Counted from the first letter of the stretch, positions 1-9,443 are shown. The stretch: DNA of 64,000 nucleotides from an uncultured Lentisphaeria bacterium (GCA_949282305.1 CASDPB010000036.1:66425-130424), one strand, 5' to 3'. Program-made: numbers and translations. The notes: generated by a model from the sequence alone, not told the origin.

Positions 1-586
1 CCTGCAAAGGAGGGAGCGGCCGCCGTTTCAGTCTGCTCCAGCTTCCGTCCGCCGCAGGGCGGGGCAGTTCCGCCGCATATTCCCAGCCGGAATCGTCGTA
101 ATCCGCCGCCGTCCAGTCCTCCCGCGCTTTCGCATCGAATTCAAAGCGGTATCCGACCGGGATGCTTGAGAAGCGGCAGTTCCCGCTGCGGTAGTCTGCG
201 GACTTGCGGACTTTCCAGCTGCCGTCTGAGCGGATGACACTTCCTCCGGCACTCAGTGCGAAGAGGAGTCCGCCGGGGCAGAGCCGGTGCGTCGCATTGC
301 CCATGCCGAGGCGCCAGACAAGGACCGCTACGGTATTCTCGCCCTCATGAAGATGCGGCGACAGATCCAATTCTGAAAACGTCTTTTCCCATTCAAAATC
401 AGGAAACTGCGTGACGGGAACGCGGTTTCCGTTCACATACAGGGAGAAATCCGTCTCCGCGGCAATCTGCGCCTTTGCCGGAACCGTTATTTTGTCCAGA
501 TGGAACTTCTTGCGGAAGCATAAATACAAATCCGGAACATTTTCCAGATCGCGCGCCCAGATTCTGGATGATTTCTCAATGGACAT
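1..586 (-). CDS. alpha-L-rhamnosidase (GH78)-like protein, N-terminal part; partial CDS running off the left edge
   Basis: Absent from the ORF track because it has no stop in the window. My minus-strand translation from ATG 586 (alt. 592) reads MSIEKSSRIWARDLENVPDLYLCFRKKFHLDKITVPAKAQIAAETDFSLYVNGNRVPVTQFPDFEWEKTFSELDLSPHLHEGENTVAVLVWRLG... and stays open to position 2. The pattern IWA..YL.FRK.F...A.L.I.A...F.LYVNG matches the N-terminal domain of bacterial GH78 rhamnosidases as I remember it. The start overlaps the stop (576-578) of the upstream GH28 gene. Confidence 0.5.
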   Translation of the reverse strand, partial: MSIEKSSRIWARDLENVPDLYLCFRKKFHLDKITVPAKAQIAAETDFSLYVNGNRVPVTQFPDFEWEKTFSELDLSPHLHEGENTVAVLVWRLGMGNATHRLCPGGLLFALSAGGSVIRSDGSWKVRKSADYRSGNCRFSSIPVGYRFEFDAKAREDWTAADYDDSGWEYAAELPRPAADGSWSRLKRRPLPPLQ

Positions 587-1928
587 GTTCATTGCCCTCT
601 TTGCTGTAGGATACATTGAAGAACGATTGCCCGGAGACGTTGTCGCTCCGGAAAAAACAATCCTGCCAGTGCCCGCTTGCCCGTTCGCAGCGGATGGCGG
701 AGTCTTTCATCGTGAGATTTTCCACATGCCGGAAGTAAAAACTCCACGGAATTCCCGAATAGGCGAGATCATTCCAGACCGGATACGGTTCGGGAATACG
801 GTTGCAGAAATCACCGCCCATGTGACCGGACAGCGTCATGCGGATATGACGGAAATCCAGCTCTTCGATCTTCCGGTCTCTCAGTCCCCCGATGTAGCTT
901 CCCCTGTGTGCCGTCGCGTTCAGATTCTCGAAATGAATCCGGCTGATTTTTCCGGAAAGAACATCTCCGCCCATTTTCAGGTGTTGCAGATTGAAGGTCT
1001 GTTCCGCGTCAATCTCCATGTCGGAAAAGGTGATGTCGTGAATCCGGGCTCCATGTCTGATCAGGGTTCCGCGCGGATTTTCCGGGTCGAGTACGGACAT
1101 GATTGAGATTCCGATCATGGACTGGTAGATGACATTGTCCTGAAAAACACAGTCCCGCAGTTCTCCGTCACCTTCGTATCCCACACGGATGCCGCAGGAG
1201 CTTGTGCGCAGCCGGCAGTTGGAGACCGTGATCTTTTCGCAGATCTTGTGATACCCGAGTTCATCAATGTCGCTCTTGATCGCGATTGCGTCATCGCCGG
1301 TGCTGATGTCGCAGCCGGAAACGTTGACGGACGAACAGCAATCTAGGTCAATTCCGTCTGTGTTGGGACTTTCCAGCGGCGCCGTGATTTTCAGATTGGC
1401 GAGGGAACATTCCTCGCATCCCAGGAGCCAGACCGCATAGCAGGGGGCGTTCTTCAGGGTGAAATCTTTCAGGGTGACGTGCTCCGAACTGCGGAAATGG
1501 ATCAGCCCCTTGGGACGGTGGAACTTCGGCCAGTATCTCTGCCCGAACAGCGGATACTCTTTCTCCGGGTCTATCTCCCAGAAGTCGCTTCCGTTGCCGT
1601 CGATGATGCCGTCTCCGGTAATGGCGGCGTCCTTGACGCCGATTCCCCCGATCAGCCAGCGGCGGTTGTTGGTCGTCGGCTCAACCGCCTTCGACAGGGG
1701 ATCCGGTATTGCTTTCAAGACACTTTTCAGGCAGGCTCCGCGACTGAGATGCAGTTCCACATGACTGCGCAGTTCGATCATCCCGGAACGGAACGTCCCC
1801 GCAGGAACGATCACACGGCCGCCGCCGGATTCCGCCGCCGAATCAACCGCTTTCTGAATGAACGGAGCGTTGTCGGGATGCAGAGTGTCCGCGCCGAAAC
1901 TGCAAATGTTCAAGGAAATCGTGTTCAT
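576..1928 (-). CDS. glycoside hydrolase family 28 (polygalacturonase-like, right-handed beta-helix), cytoplasmic
   Basis: 450-aa ORF with no signal peptide. Carries PFIQKAVDSAAESGGGRVIVPAGTFRSGMIELRSHVELHL and NTDGIDLDCCSSVNVSGCDISTGDDAIAIKS, which are GH28/pectate-lyase-fold signatures. TGATG stop/start overlap with the upstream gene at 1928. Confidence 0.85.
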   Translation of the reverse strand: MNTISLNICSFGADTLHPDNAPFIQKAVDSAAESGGGRVIVPAGTFRSGMIELRSHVELHLSRGACLKSVLKAIPDPLSKAVEPTTNNRRWLIGGIGVKDAAITGDGIIDGNGSDFWEIDPEKEYPLFGQRYWPKFHRPKGLIHFRSSEHVTLKDFTLKNAPCYAVWLLGCEECSLANLKITAPLESPNTDGIDLDCCSSVNVSGCDISTGDDAIAIKSDIDELGYHKICEKITVSNCRLRTSSCGIRVGYEGDGELRDCVFQDNVIYQSMIGISIMSVLDPENPRGTLIRHGARIHDITFSDMEIDAEQTFNLQHLKMGGDVLSGKISRIHFENLNATAHRGSYIGGLRDRKIEELDFRHIRMTLSGHMGGDFCNRIPEPYPVWNDLAYSGIPWSFYFRHVENLTMKDSAIRCERASGHWQDCFFRSDNVSGQSFFNVSYSKEGNEHVH

Positions 1929-2665
1929 CAGCGGAGCTTCTCCGGTCTGTTCTTTTCATCGTAGGAGTAAATGACCGAATCGGGCCATGCGGCGGTTTTG
2001 GAAAGATCAATGAGCCCCTGCTTGTGCAGTGCCGCGGCATGACCGTCCATGAAGAAACTGTTGCAGAATCCGGCATGGCGTCTGCTGTAGGAGCAGAAGA
2101 GTTCATATTGCGGCTCGATGTAGGGACGCTGCGTTTGTGTGCCGAAATCAAAACTGTCGAACAGGAATCCCCATGCGGAACTGTTCTTGGCGCGGGTGAT
2201 CTTTATATATGTGATGCTGTTGGTCCAATCGTATGTGGCAGCTCCCGCCGGGACGTTGGGGGTGTCCCATGCCATCCCGTAACATTCGTTGGGATAATCG
2301 TTTATGTCTTTCACCGGCTGCACCGGACAGCGCAATACCTGAATCTTTCCATCCCTTGCCAGGCTTGTGAAATACGGGTTGACCTGATTGATTCCGTAAT
2401 AAGAGCGGTTGCTGGCGATGTTGGCAAGAACGAAATCGTGTGAGTCGGAGGCATACAGCAGGAAGGTGTTGCCCAGTTGTCTCATGTTGCTCAGGCAGCT
2501 GACGGAGCTTGCCTTGTTTTTTGCCTTGTTCAGCGCGGGAAGCAGCATCGCCGCCAGGATCGCGATGATCGCTATTACGATAAGCAGTTCTATAAGAGTA
2601 AAATACGCAGTCCGCCGCCGTTTCTTTTTCCCGGACAGCTGGATGGTCATTTCACCGGTTCTCAT
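1928..2665 (-). CDS. type IV prepilin-like N-terminal methylation domain protein (DUF1559 / H-X9-DG family)
   Basis: The track ORF is 1928..2893, but the recognisable protein begins at ATG 2665 (alt. 2650). It reads ..[53 protein letters not shown]. The C-terminal [13 protein letters not shown] is an exact H-X9-DG tail. Confidence 0.85.
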   Translation of the reverse strand: MRTGEMTIQLSGKKKRRRTAYFTLIELLIVIAIIAILAAMLLPALNKAKNKASSVSCLSNMRQLGNTFLLYASDSHDFVLANIASNRSYYGINQVNPYFTSLARDGKIQVLRCPVQPVKDINDYPNECYGMAWDTPNVPAGAATYDWTNSITYIKITRAKNSSAWGFLFDSFDFGTQTQRPYIEPQYELFCSYSRRHAGFCNSFFMDGHAAALHKQGLIDLSKTAAWPDSVIYSYDEKNRPEKLR

Positions 2666-2989
2666 GGTCGTGTGTCTGCGATTGCTTTCCGGCTGAATCA
2701 GGTTTGTCCTGCGTTCCGGCTTTTCGCCTGTTCCGAATTCATTCCTCATGGCTGGCTCCCTTTCCTTCCCTTTGAATTGAATTTTTATTTGATGGATTTG
2801 ACCCCATGCTCGATCGACGGTTTTTACTCCACTGACTTTTCCCCCGTTCCTGAGCACTCTTTCCGAGCCCGGGGATGTCTGCTCCCGCCGCATTCCGGCT
2901 GATTCCGCCGAGCCGCAGCGGGGCAGTGCTGTCCCGGGGATCCGTCATTGTTTCAGTGTTCCGATTCCCGCAGTCTGCGGCGGGACAGT

Positions 2990-5260
2990 TTATTTTTCAA
3001 CAAACAGCAGATGATCGACATAACTGCGCCGGATTTCCGGATTTACCTTGGAGTCCAGAAACAGGTAACTCTTGTTCCGGAACTGGTGCGTCCCGAGAGG
3101 TATGTAGAGATACCGGTCGACGGCGAGAGTGTCGGCATCCGGGTGGACATTGATGTAGAGTTCCCGTTTTACCAGATCATAGCCCCCGAACTGAAACAGA
3201 CCGTGCTTCGCCTTCTTGTCCAGACGGCAGGCGGCGTATACCTCATAAGATTTTTCGAGGTTGAATTCCGGGCGTATGGGAAGCTTTACCGCCCATGACG
3301 GTCCGATGTGTTTCAGCATGATCGTCCAGCCGTTTCGTGCTTTTTCATCCCGCACGACCTCGGCGTGGGTGTCCCCGTGAATGATGAATGCGTCTTCTTC
3401 AAAAATGAGTGTCTTTCTGTTCCTGAATCCTGCAAGGAAGGGATGCTGCTTCATTTTTTCCGGCGGATAGTTGATGAACCGCTCAAACTGTCTGCGGGTG
3501 GCGCCGATTTCATTGGTGGAAGCGATATGCGTCACCTGGCAGCGGGCAAGGAAATCAAGATAGTTTCTTGCAATCTTTGCCGCTTCCGCATACGGCGGGC
3601 AGCCTTTTTCCTTCTGCCAGCGCGTATAATCGGAGATCAGCAGATACTCGAACGGCTTCGACAGGATTGAAATCCGTTCCGCCGACACCGGATCATCGGC
3701 AACTGCCTTCTGCGCCTCGTCCAGTATCTGAAGACATTGGAACAGCAGTTCCGGCGCAACCCATTTTGCGGTATATTCAAAACAGCCGACGGTCTCCGGA
3801 TTTCTGAGCGCATCCGCACGGCGGACATTGAGATATTTTCTTACATAAGGCGCCGCCTTTCCGTAATATCCGTTCAGGAATTCGTCCTCCAGCTTTTCCG
3901 GGTCAAGCGAGGGATCCCATAAGAGGTGTGCTCCGAGCCATACCTTGAGCGGCAGGAGATCACCGATCGGATTGATGTTGGCGGCGTCGCATTCCAGAAG
4001 CAGCATGGAGGGAGAGAGTTTTCCCAGGAATCCCACGTCTTTTTTCAAGGATTCCAGATTCGGATGCGGCAGCAGGAAGTTGTTGAAATTCGAGACGTAG
4101 TACCACATGGCGAGCTTTGCACCGGTTTTCTGCCATGCCTTCAGATCTTTCAGGAAAGCCGCATTGTCCGGATTGTCCGGAGTCTCAAGCGGTTTTGAGA
4201 AGTCCGCCTCAATGGCGCACAGCAGAATGCTGACGTTCTTCCGGGGCACGATTCCCGCTGGCGGAGTGCGGGAATACTGATAGGCAAAAGTCTGCACTTC
4301 GACGCCGGGAAATTCTTTTTCCACATGTTCCGCAATGAAGTTGACGAAGGAGATGACAGACGCGGAGGGAGACTTTCCCGCTTTGTCGATTTTTTCGCAT
4401 TCCGGGCATTGGCAGTAGTTGTCGTTGTCGTTCTGGGAAACGGAAATGACCTTCGCATCCGGATTTTTCCTGAGTTCCTCCCTGACGATCTCCAGAAATT
4501 TCCGTCTGAGCGCCGGATTGCTCAGACAGAGCTGTCCCTGAAACTGACCGCCTGTGCGTTTCCCGTTGCGCAGACTGAAGTATTCCGGATTGGATTCCAA
4601 ATATTGTGAAGCCGGAAGAAAACGGTCGAAAGTGTGCCAGGGACCGATCAGATTGACATGATCTCCGCCCCATTCCGGAGAGCTTGTGTAATTGGGGCCG
4701 AAGCAGTGCATTTTCGCGGCAAAGTCCGGATTTTCGAGGAGGGACCGGAAATAGGGGAGGCGGACCTTGACGGGCGGCGCATACCGGAAGATTTTTTCCG
4801 GCATGGCAATCGTTTCGGATTTCGGCACCGACTCTTCCTTTGCCGTCCAGAACCGGATTCCCATGTGCTGCTTCATGAACTCGTAGACTGCATACAGAGT
4901 GCCGCGGGGACGTTCTCCGCAAAGAACCAGCATGTCTTTCGCGGGTGCGATGATGATTTCATCGCCTCTGAGCGACTTCAGGTCAATTCCGGGAAGCAGT
5001 TTCTGGGCTTCCTGCGAAAGACCGATGAGAATCTGCCGGTTTCCGGTATATTTGTCGCTGACGGCAATCCCGGTTCCCGTTGCCAGCTTCCAGTATTTCT
5101 GAAATTCCGCCGCCGCGTTCTTCTCCGCCGGTGTGGCGTCCGGCGAGACATAAATCCGGTAATCCGTTTTCCCGTTCTGGAAAATGAAACTGGACCCGTG
5201 GCAGGACAGAACCGCAAGAAAGAAAATGCCGCATACGGCAAGACTATGCCGAAACTTCAT
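2990..5260 (-). CDS. secreted DUF4838-like glycan-active protein (GH20/GH67-N-like module)
   Basis: 756 aa with signal peptide MKFRHSLAVCGIFFLAVLSCHG. The N-terminus FQNGKTDYRIYVSPDATPAEKNAAAEFQKYWKLATG is typical of DUF4838 proteins as I recall them. The family was not verified by search. Confidence 0.7.
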   Translation of the reverse strand: MKFRHSLAVCGIFFLAVLSCHGSSFIFQNGKTDYRIYVSPDATPAEKNAAAEFQKYWKLATGTGIAVSDKYTGNRQILIGLSQEAQKLLPGIDLKSLRGDEIIIAPAKDMLVLCGERPRGTLYAVYEFMKQHMGIRFWTAKEESVPKSETIAMPEKIFRYAPPVKVRLPYFRSLLENPDFAAKMHCFGPNYTSSPEWGGDHVNLIGPWHTFDRFLPASQYLESNPEYFSLRNGKRTGGQFQGQLCLSNPALRRKFLEIVREELRKNPDAKVISVSQNDNDNYCQCPECEKIDKAGKSPSASVISFVNFIAEHVEKEFPGVEVQTFAYQYSRTPPAGIVPRKNVSILLCAIEADFSKPLETPDNPDNAAFLKDLKAWQKTGAKLAMWYYVSNFNNFLLPHPNLESLKKDVGFLGKLSPSMLLLECDAANINPIGDLLPLKVWLGAHLLWDPSLDPEKLEDEFLNGYYGKAAPYVRKYLNVRRADALRNPETVGCFEYTAKWVAPELLFQCLQILDEAQKAVADDPVSAERISILSKPFEYLLISDYTRWQKEKGCPPYAEAAKIARNYLDFLARCQVTHIASTNEIGATRRQFERFINYPPEKMKQHPFLAGFRNRKTLIFEEDAFIIHGDTHAEVVRDEKARNGWTIMLKHIGPSWAVKLPIRPEFNLEKSYEVYAACRLDKKAKHGLFQFGGYDLVKRELYINVHPDADTLAVDRYLYIPLGTHQFRNKSYLFLDSKVNPEIRRSYVDHLLFVEK

Positions 5261-6341
5261 TTCTGCAAACCTCCTTCATAACTGTTGGTATGGGATTGTG
5301 ATATGAAACGGGGAGCATGAAAATGCCCGCCGGCTGTCTGCCTGTGGCGGAGTATTGCGCGGCAAGCTGGAAGATTCTGCCGCACTGCTGTTCAATGTCG
5401 GCTTCATAGGTCAGTATCGGAACCGGAAAATCCGACAGCGGCGAACCTTTATTCGCATGGGATACCAGAAAAACGTCTTTCCAGAGTGAATTCCGGCTTT
5501 GAAAGATCGCCGAGATGATCCCGTTTGTGAAGACTGAGTCCACACTGATGATTCCCAGCTTGTCGCAGTCCGCATTTTCGCGCAGCAGTTCCCGTGCCAT
5601 GGTGTAACCGCCGCGCGGAGATGTGTCGGATTCCTTGTACAAGGTGTCCTGAAAAATTCCGGGAGCCTCCGCCGTCAGCTCTCTGTAGCGTCCTTCAAAT
5701 GTCGTTACTTCCGGGGATTCCCAGCTGGCGGTGTCTCCCGTGTGATTGAGAAGAGCGATCCGGCTGCAGCCGGATTGACGAAGACGCCGCGCGGCGTCCC
5801 GGATCCAGTCGTTCGTGAAACTCATGGTGCATTTCAGCCATTTGTAGGGATACAGCCCGATTGCGAAAACGGGAAGGTCTTTCAGATACTTTCCGCAGTG
5901 TTCCGCAAAACATCGGCTGGCAATGATGACGACATCAAAAATATTCATCTTCATCTGCTTCTGTACCCGGAGGCAGTCGGACGGAGTGTCCACGTTTTCA
6001 AACACCGTGTAACTCATGCTGCCGCTTCTGCATTTCTCAATGAAATGTTTCATGAAGATTGCCTTGTGGGCAAAGGCGCCCAGCTCGGCGCGCGAATCGA
6101 AGATGACGGCAAAGCGGCATTTCACCTCTTCCTTCACATAGACACCCAGTCCGTTCAGGCGTTCGATCAGCCCTTCGTTTTCCAGGATTTCAAAAACCTT
6201 GCTGATGGTGGCGACGGATGTGCCGCAGTCCGCGGCAAGTTTCTGGATCGGCTCGAATTTTGTTCCTGCCGTCCATTCTCCGGAGCGGATTTTTCCGCGG
6301 AACCTTTGCGCCAGTTCAATGCTTTTTCCTTTGCTGCTCAT
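5244..6341 (-). CDS. GntR-type wHTH regulator fused to a periplasmic-binding-protein/LacI-like sugar-binding domain
   Basis: N-terminus IRSGEWTAGTKFEPIQKLAADCGTSVATISKVFEILENEGLIERLNGLGVYVKE is a GntR HTH, followed by about 290 aa of PBP-like domain. The 3' end overlaps the next gene by 17 nt (5244-5260). It is the first gene of the minus-strand operon. Confidence 0.85.
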   Translation of the reverse strand: MSSKGKSIELAQRFRGKIRSGEWTAGTKFEPIQKLAADCGTSVATISKVFEILENEGLIERLNGLGVYVKEEVKCRFAVIFDSRAELGAFAHKAIFMKHFIEKCRSGSMSYTVFENVDTPSDCLRVQKQMKMNIFDVVIIASRCFAEHCGKYLKDLPVFAIGLYPYKWLKCTMSFTNDWIRDAARRLRQSGCSRIALLNHTGDTASWESPEVTTFEGRYRELTAEAPGIFQDTLYKESDTSPRGGYTMARELLRENADCDKLGIISVDSVFTNGIISAIFQSRNSLWKDVFLVSHANKGSPLSDFPVPILTYEADIEQQCGRIFQLAAQYSATGRQPAGIFMLPVSYHNPIPTVMKEVCRNEVSA

Positions 6342-6394
6342 CCGATGGCATCCAATCCCTTCTGTGTCTGCTTTATATTATAGCTTACTAGAAT

Positions 6395-6409
6395 GGTATT
6401 GTCAATACC
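6395..6409. promoter_or_regulatory. 15-nt perfect palindrome, candidate operator of the adjacent GntR-type regulator
   Basis: GGTATTG-T-CAATACC lies about 55 nt upstream of the regulator ATG (6341, minus strand). GntR-family operators are typically short palindromes with a GT..AC core. Confidence 0.3.
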
Positions 6410-6568
6410 CTTTTCTGAAAAAACTGCATTTTTTATGAAAGTGCGAACTGCGCAAAAGTCATTCCGGCAGTAACGCGGAAACGGAAAGGAAAAGGTATGG
6501 CAGAAACAGAAATCACGGGGGAATCCGTAACATTGGGTGCAGACGTGAACCGCGCGCTTGGCGCAGAC

Positions 6569-6715
6569 TTACTGAAACAGTTTGATGATCTCGCGGAAAA
6601 TCTCGCTGAAGAAAGTATAAGGCAGGATGATATAAAACAGCGCGAAAATGAACACCAGCTTGAATGCTCTCCACAGGAATGAGATCAGAGAAAATTTCGG
6701 TTCGCAACAGTTCAT
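6569..6715 (-). CDS. possible 48-aa single-TM small protein
   Basis: Below the track size cut-off. ATG 6715 is preceded by AGGAGG with a 5-nt spacer (tataAGGAGGttgttATG). Translation: MNCCEPKFSLISFLWRAFKLVFIFALFYIILPYTFFSEIFREIIKLFQ*. It competes with an antisense 61-aa ORF at 6497..6682. Confidence 0.35.
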   Translation of the reverse strand: MNCCEPKFSLISFLWRAFKLVFIFALFYIILPYTFFSEIFREIIKLFQ

Positions 6716-6843
6716 AACAACCTCCTTATACTAAAGAAATATAAAAAGTTTTTCGCAAAATGCAAACATTTCCGACAAGATTTACGACAGATGTTTCACA
6801 ACACCTCCGTGCGATGGGATAGTTGCGGCTGCTCCCGAAAGCT

Positions 6844-7385
6844 GGACAGCTTGACTTGGTGTGAAATGCCCGTAAAATGAACCTGGAAAGGGGAGGGGAC
6901 TTTTATGAAAAGACCGTATGACTCCAAATTCAAAAGCCGCATTGGAAGCGCTGCACGGGGAAATATCAGATTCATCCGAATCAGATACCGCAGTTGAGAA
7001 AGAAGTTCATGGTAGAAGGTGCTTCCGAGATATTTCTGTCTAGGATTGAGCGGAAAGAAAGTAAATAATCTGATGGGAAAAGAGCGGACGTCCCGAAATC
7101 GGGAATGACTTTTTATGAAGTTCCATGTCAGTGGATATACTGCTTTGCGGAGTTTTCTGCCTGACTTCGGAATCTTTGACCGGTTCGCTGCAAGGTGCTT
7201 TGGAGCAACGTAGTGAACACAAAGGACATTTACAGACGCATTTTTCTATAGATAAGAACTTGAATGAATTATCGCGATGCAGGTATACCCACTGTCGGTT
7301 TCGCTTAGAGAGCAGGCGGCGTTTCATTACTGGAGCCCGACACACCCGCCCCTGTTCTCATGGAACAGCAGTTTGTTATCTGTCT
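6844..7385 (+). mobile_element. decayed IS3-family element, copy A (left IR, frameshifted OrfA N-terminus, internally deleted OrfB tail)
   Basis: The left end GGACAGCTTGACTTGGTGTGAAATGCCCGT (6844-6873) matches the inverted end of copy C with 2 mismatches. From ATG 6905 it reads MKRPYDSKFKSRIG.., and after a frameshift HPNQIPQLRKKFMVEGASEIF, the IS3 OrfA HTH pattern (..HPNQI.QWKK.L.EGA.E.F). The tail ..RRRFITGARHTRPCSHGTAV aligns with the OrfB C-termini of copies B and C. No intact transposase remains. Confidence 0.6.
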
Positions 7386-8278
7386 GCAACAATATCACCG
7401 ATGTAAATATTATTTCTTTCACTCTTTGGCAAAGACTTGATAAAATTATCGTCCTGAGGACATTTTATCTCTGCGGGTTTATATATATTCCTTAAAACAG
7501 CAGAAAAACGTCTGGCAAAATATAAAATATCCTCGCTTATCAGTGGAAGTTTTACGGGAGTGCTTCTTGCTCCTTCGGCAGTTGTAATTTTAATTTCTAT
7601 GCCGTCATACGAGCGCTGCTTTGATAACAGTGCACTGGCAATAAGCAGCCAGTTTGACGGAGGAATTCCTTTCAATTCAAAATTGCCGTTCTCATCTGTA
7701 ACTGTTTCCCATGTCGGAACATTTCCTTGTTCCAAAAACGTTTGAGGATAAATCCATGTTGCAGTGACTTTTGCGTTTGCGACAGGTTGTTTCGCCTGAT
7801 TGACAACTTTTCCATATAAGTCAACATGAAAAATATCAGGAGTAAAAATAACATGCTGCGGATGTCTGTCCTTCACGGTTATCAATTTACTTTCAGTTGC
7901 AGTCATTTTTGTATTAGGATAAACTCCGGCACGACCAGCCGCACAGGTCGTAACTGAATATTTGCCATACGGCAAATGATCAAAGGTAAAATTACCTTGA
8001 TTGTCTGCATAAGTTTTTCTGCGTATATTTTCTCCTTGTAAAATTACCATAGAACCGGAAAATGGGACTTTTTGTCCATATTTTTTATTGAAATCATTTA
8101 AAATTTTATCCAGTTCGCCTTCGGTTTCCGGTTTTGTCTTTTCTAAAGTATTGAGCAGTAAATTAACATCCGACTTTGGATATCCTTCAACAGTTCCGGT
8201 AATAATGCCGAGATTATTGTTCTGAGCATTGCATATCGCGGAAATTGCAAAACATATTGTTATGAGCAGACGTTTCAT
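7376..8278 (-). CDS. secreted protein with two carboxypeptidase-regulatory-like (CarboxypepD_reg/Cna-B-type) beta-sandwich repeats
   Basis: 300 aa, AT-rich, with signal peptide MKRLLITICFAISAICNA. Repeats read IITGTVEG..ADNQGNFTFDHLPYGKYSVT and LYGKVVNQAKQPVANAKVTAT..TDENGNFELKGIPP. It is a paralog of 8529..9443. Confidence 0.75.
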   Translation of the reverse strand: MKRLLITICFAISAICNAQNNNLGIITGTVEGYPKSDVNLLLNTLEKTKPETEGELDKILNDFNKKYGQKVPFSGSMVILQGENIRRKTYADNQGNFTFDHLPYGKYSVTTCAAGRAGVYPNTKMTATESKLITVKDRHPQHVIFTPDIFHVDLYGKVVNQAKQPVANAKVTATWIYPQTFLEQGNVPTWETVTDENGNFELKGIPPSNWLLIASALLSKQRSYDGIEIKITTAEGARSTPVKLPLISEDILYFARRFSAVLRNIYKPAEIKCPQDDNFIKSLPKSERNNIYIGDIVADR

Positions 8279-8528
8279 AATTTTTGGGTTTTCTATTGTA
8301 TCAATATATTTTATTGTTCGCAGATTGCAGGTATCGAAATTTGAATAATATCTTTACCCGCATACCCCAAAATATGTAATCGCATAATAAGCACTTGCTT
8401 ATAGATTTCCTCCTCATAACTGTTTTTTAGGTGATCTGGGAATAAAAACTTTGCAATTCGGTCAGGTTATTTCTTGATACACCCTCAATCTTTGGAGAAA
8501 CAATCTTTTCCTGATCGAAATGAAAATT

Positions 8529-9443
8529 TTATTTCCGATAAAGTACAATATCTCCCAATAAAATGGTATTCCCTTGACTAGGTGGAAATGTCCGATCCAA
8601 AATTTTAATTTTTTCTGTTCGTTTCCACTGCTTCAGCAACCGTTCAGCAATTGGTATAAGGCGTTTTGCCCGTTCAACAATATCTTCACTTACCATTGGT
8701 AATTCAAAATTATGATATTTCTTTGGAACTTGATAGCCTTCAACGGAAAAACGTATTTTTGCCATTGCACCGCCCAGATGTACTTTTTCGCTGGTCAAAT
8801 AGTTTGAAACTATAAGACTGGGAGCTCCCGTAACTCCATTAATTTCAAAAATCCCATCATGATTTGATCGGGCTCTCCAAGTCGGAGGCGCATGAAACTC
8901 GGAAAACGGGCGAGTTGTTACGATAACCATCCCATTCGCAATAGGGTTCCCATTCTGATCAATCAATTTTCCTTTTAAATTTACAGATTCCAAACTTAAG
9001 AGTAATACTATGGGAAATTTATCTTTTTCTGACACAATATTACTTACAGAAAGCTTTTGAACGGAAATATTCTTTGAGGAAGAACAAAATGGAGCTTCGA
9101 CCGTTATTGTATATTCTCCACAGGGAACCTGATCAAATATAAAATCACCACGTTGATTCAATAGTTTAGTTTTTTGCTTTTCCCCATTACCGGACAGATA
9201 AACTGTAACTTTATTATAATTGATTCGCGGCAAACTTTCCCGTAATGAAAAGAATAAATTGCTCCATTCTTGTGGAGATTTAGTATCAGCTTTTTCCATA
9301 CGGTCAAGCAGTACATCAAGATCATATGTGTTATTCAGGTCAACAGCCCCTGTAATAGTGAATGTTTCTTTTGCATTCAGGAAAAGTCCATTCAGCAAAA
9401 AGAGGGAGAGCAGTAAACATGTAAATATTTTTCCCATTTCCAT
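8529..9443 (-). CDS. secreted protein with two carboxypeptidase-regulatory-like repeats (paralog of 7376..8278)
   Basis: 304 aa with an N-terminal signal/TM segment (KIFTCLLLSLFLLNGLFLNA). Repeats read TITGAV..NQRGDFIFDQVPCGEYTITV and LKGKLIDQNGNPIANGMVIVT..NHDGIFEINGV. It shares a C-terminal module with its neighbour (LPMVSEDIVERAKR...LGDIVLYRK versus LPLISEDILYFARR...IGDIVADR). Confidence 0.75.
   Translation of the reverse strand: MEMGKIFTCLLLSLFLLNGLFLNAKETFTITGAVDLNNTYDLDVLLDRMEKADTKSPQEWSNLFFSLRESLPRINYNKVTVYLSGNGEKQKTKLLNQRGDFIFDQVPCGEYTITVEAPFCSSSKNISVQKLSVSNIVSEKDKFPIVLLLSLESVNLKGKLIDQNGNPIANGMVIVTTRPFSEFHAPPTWRARSNHDGIFEINGVTGAPSLIVSNYLTSEKVHLGGAMAKIRFSVEGYQVPKKYHNFELPMVSEDIVERAKRLIPIAERLLKQWKRTEKIKILDRTFPPSQGNTILLGDIVLYRK

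Noticed and set aside
28-252. 74-aa minus-strand ORF and 231-aa plus-strand ORF (411-1106) at the left edge.
   Set aside because: Both are out of frame with, or antisense to, the GH78-like partial CDS and the GH28 gene that explain this region. Their composition is Ala/Arg/Ser-rich.
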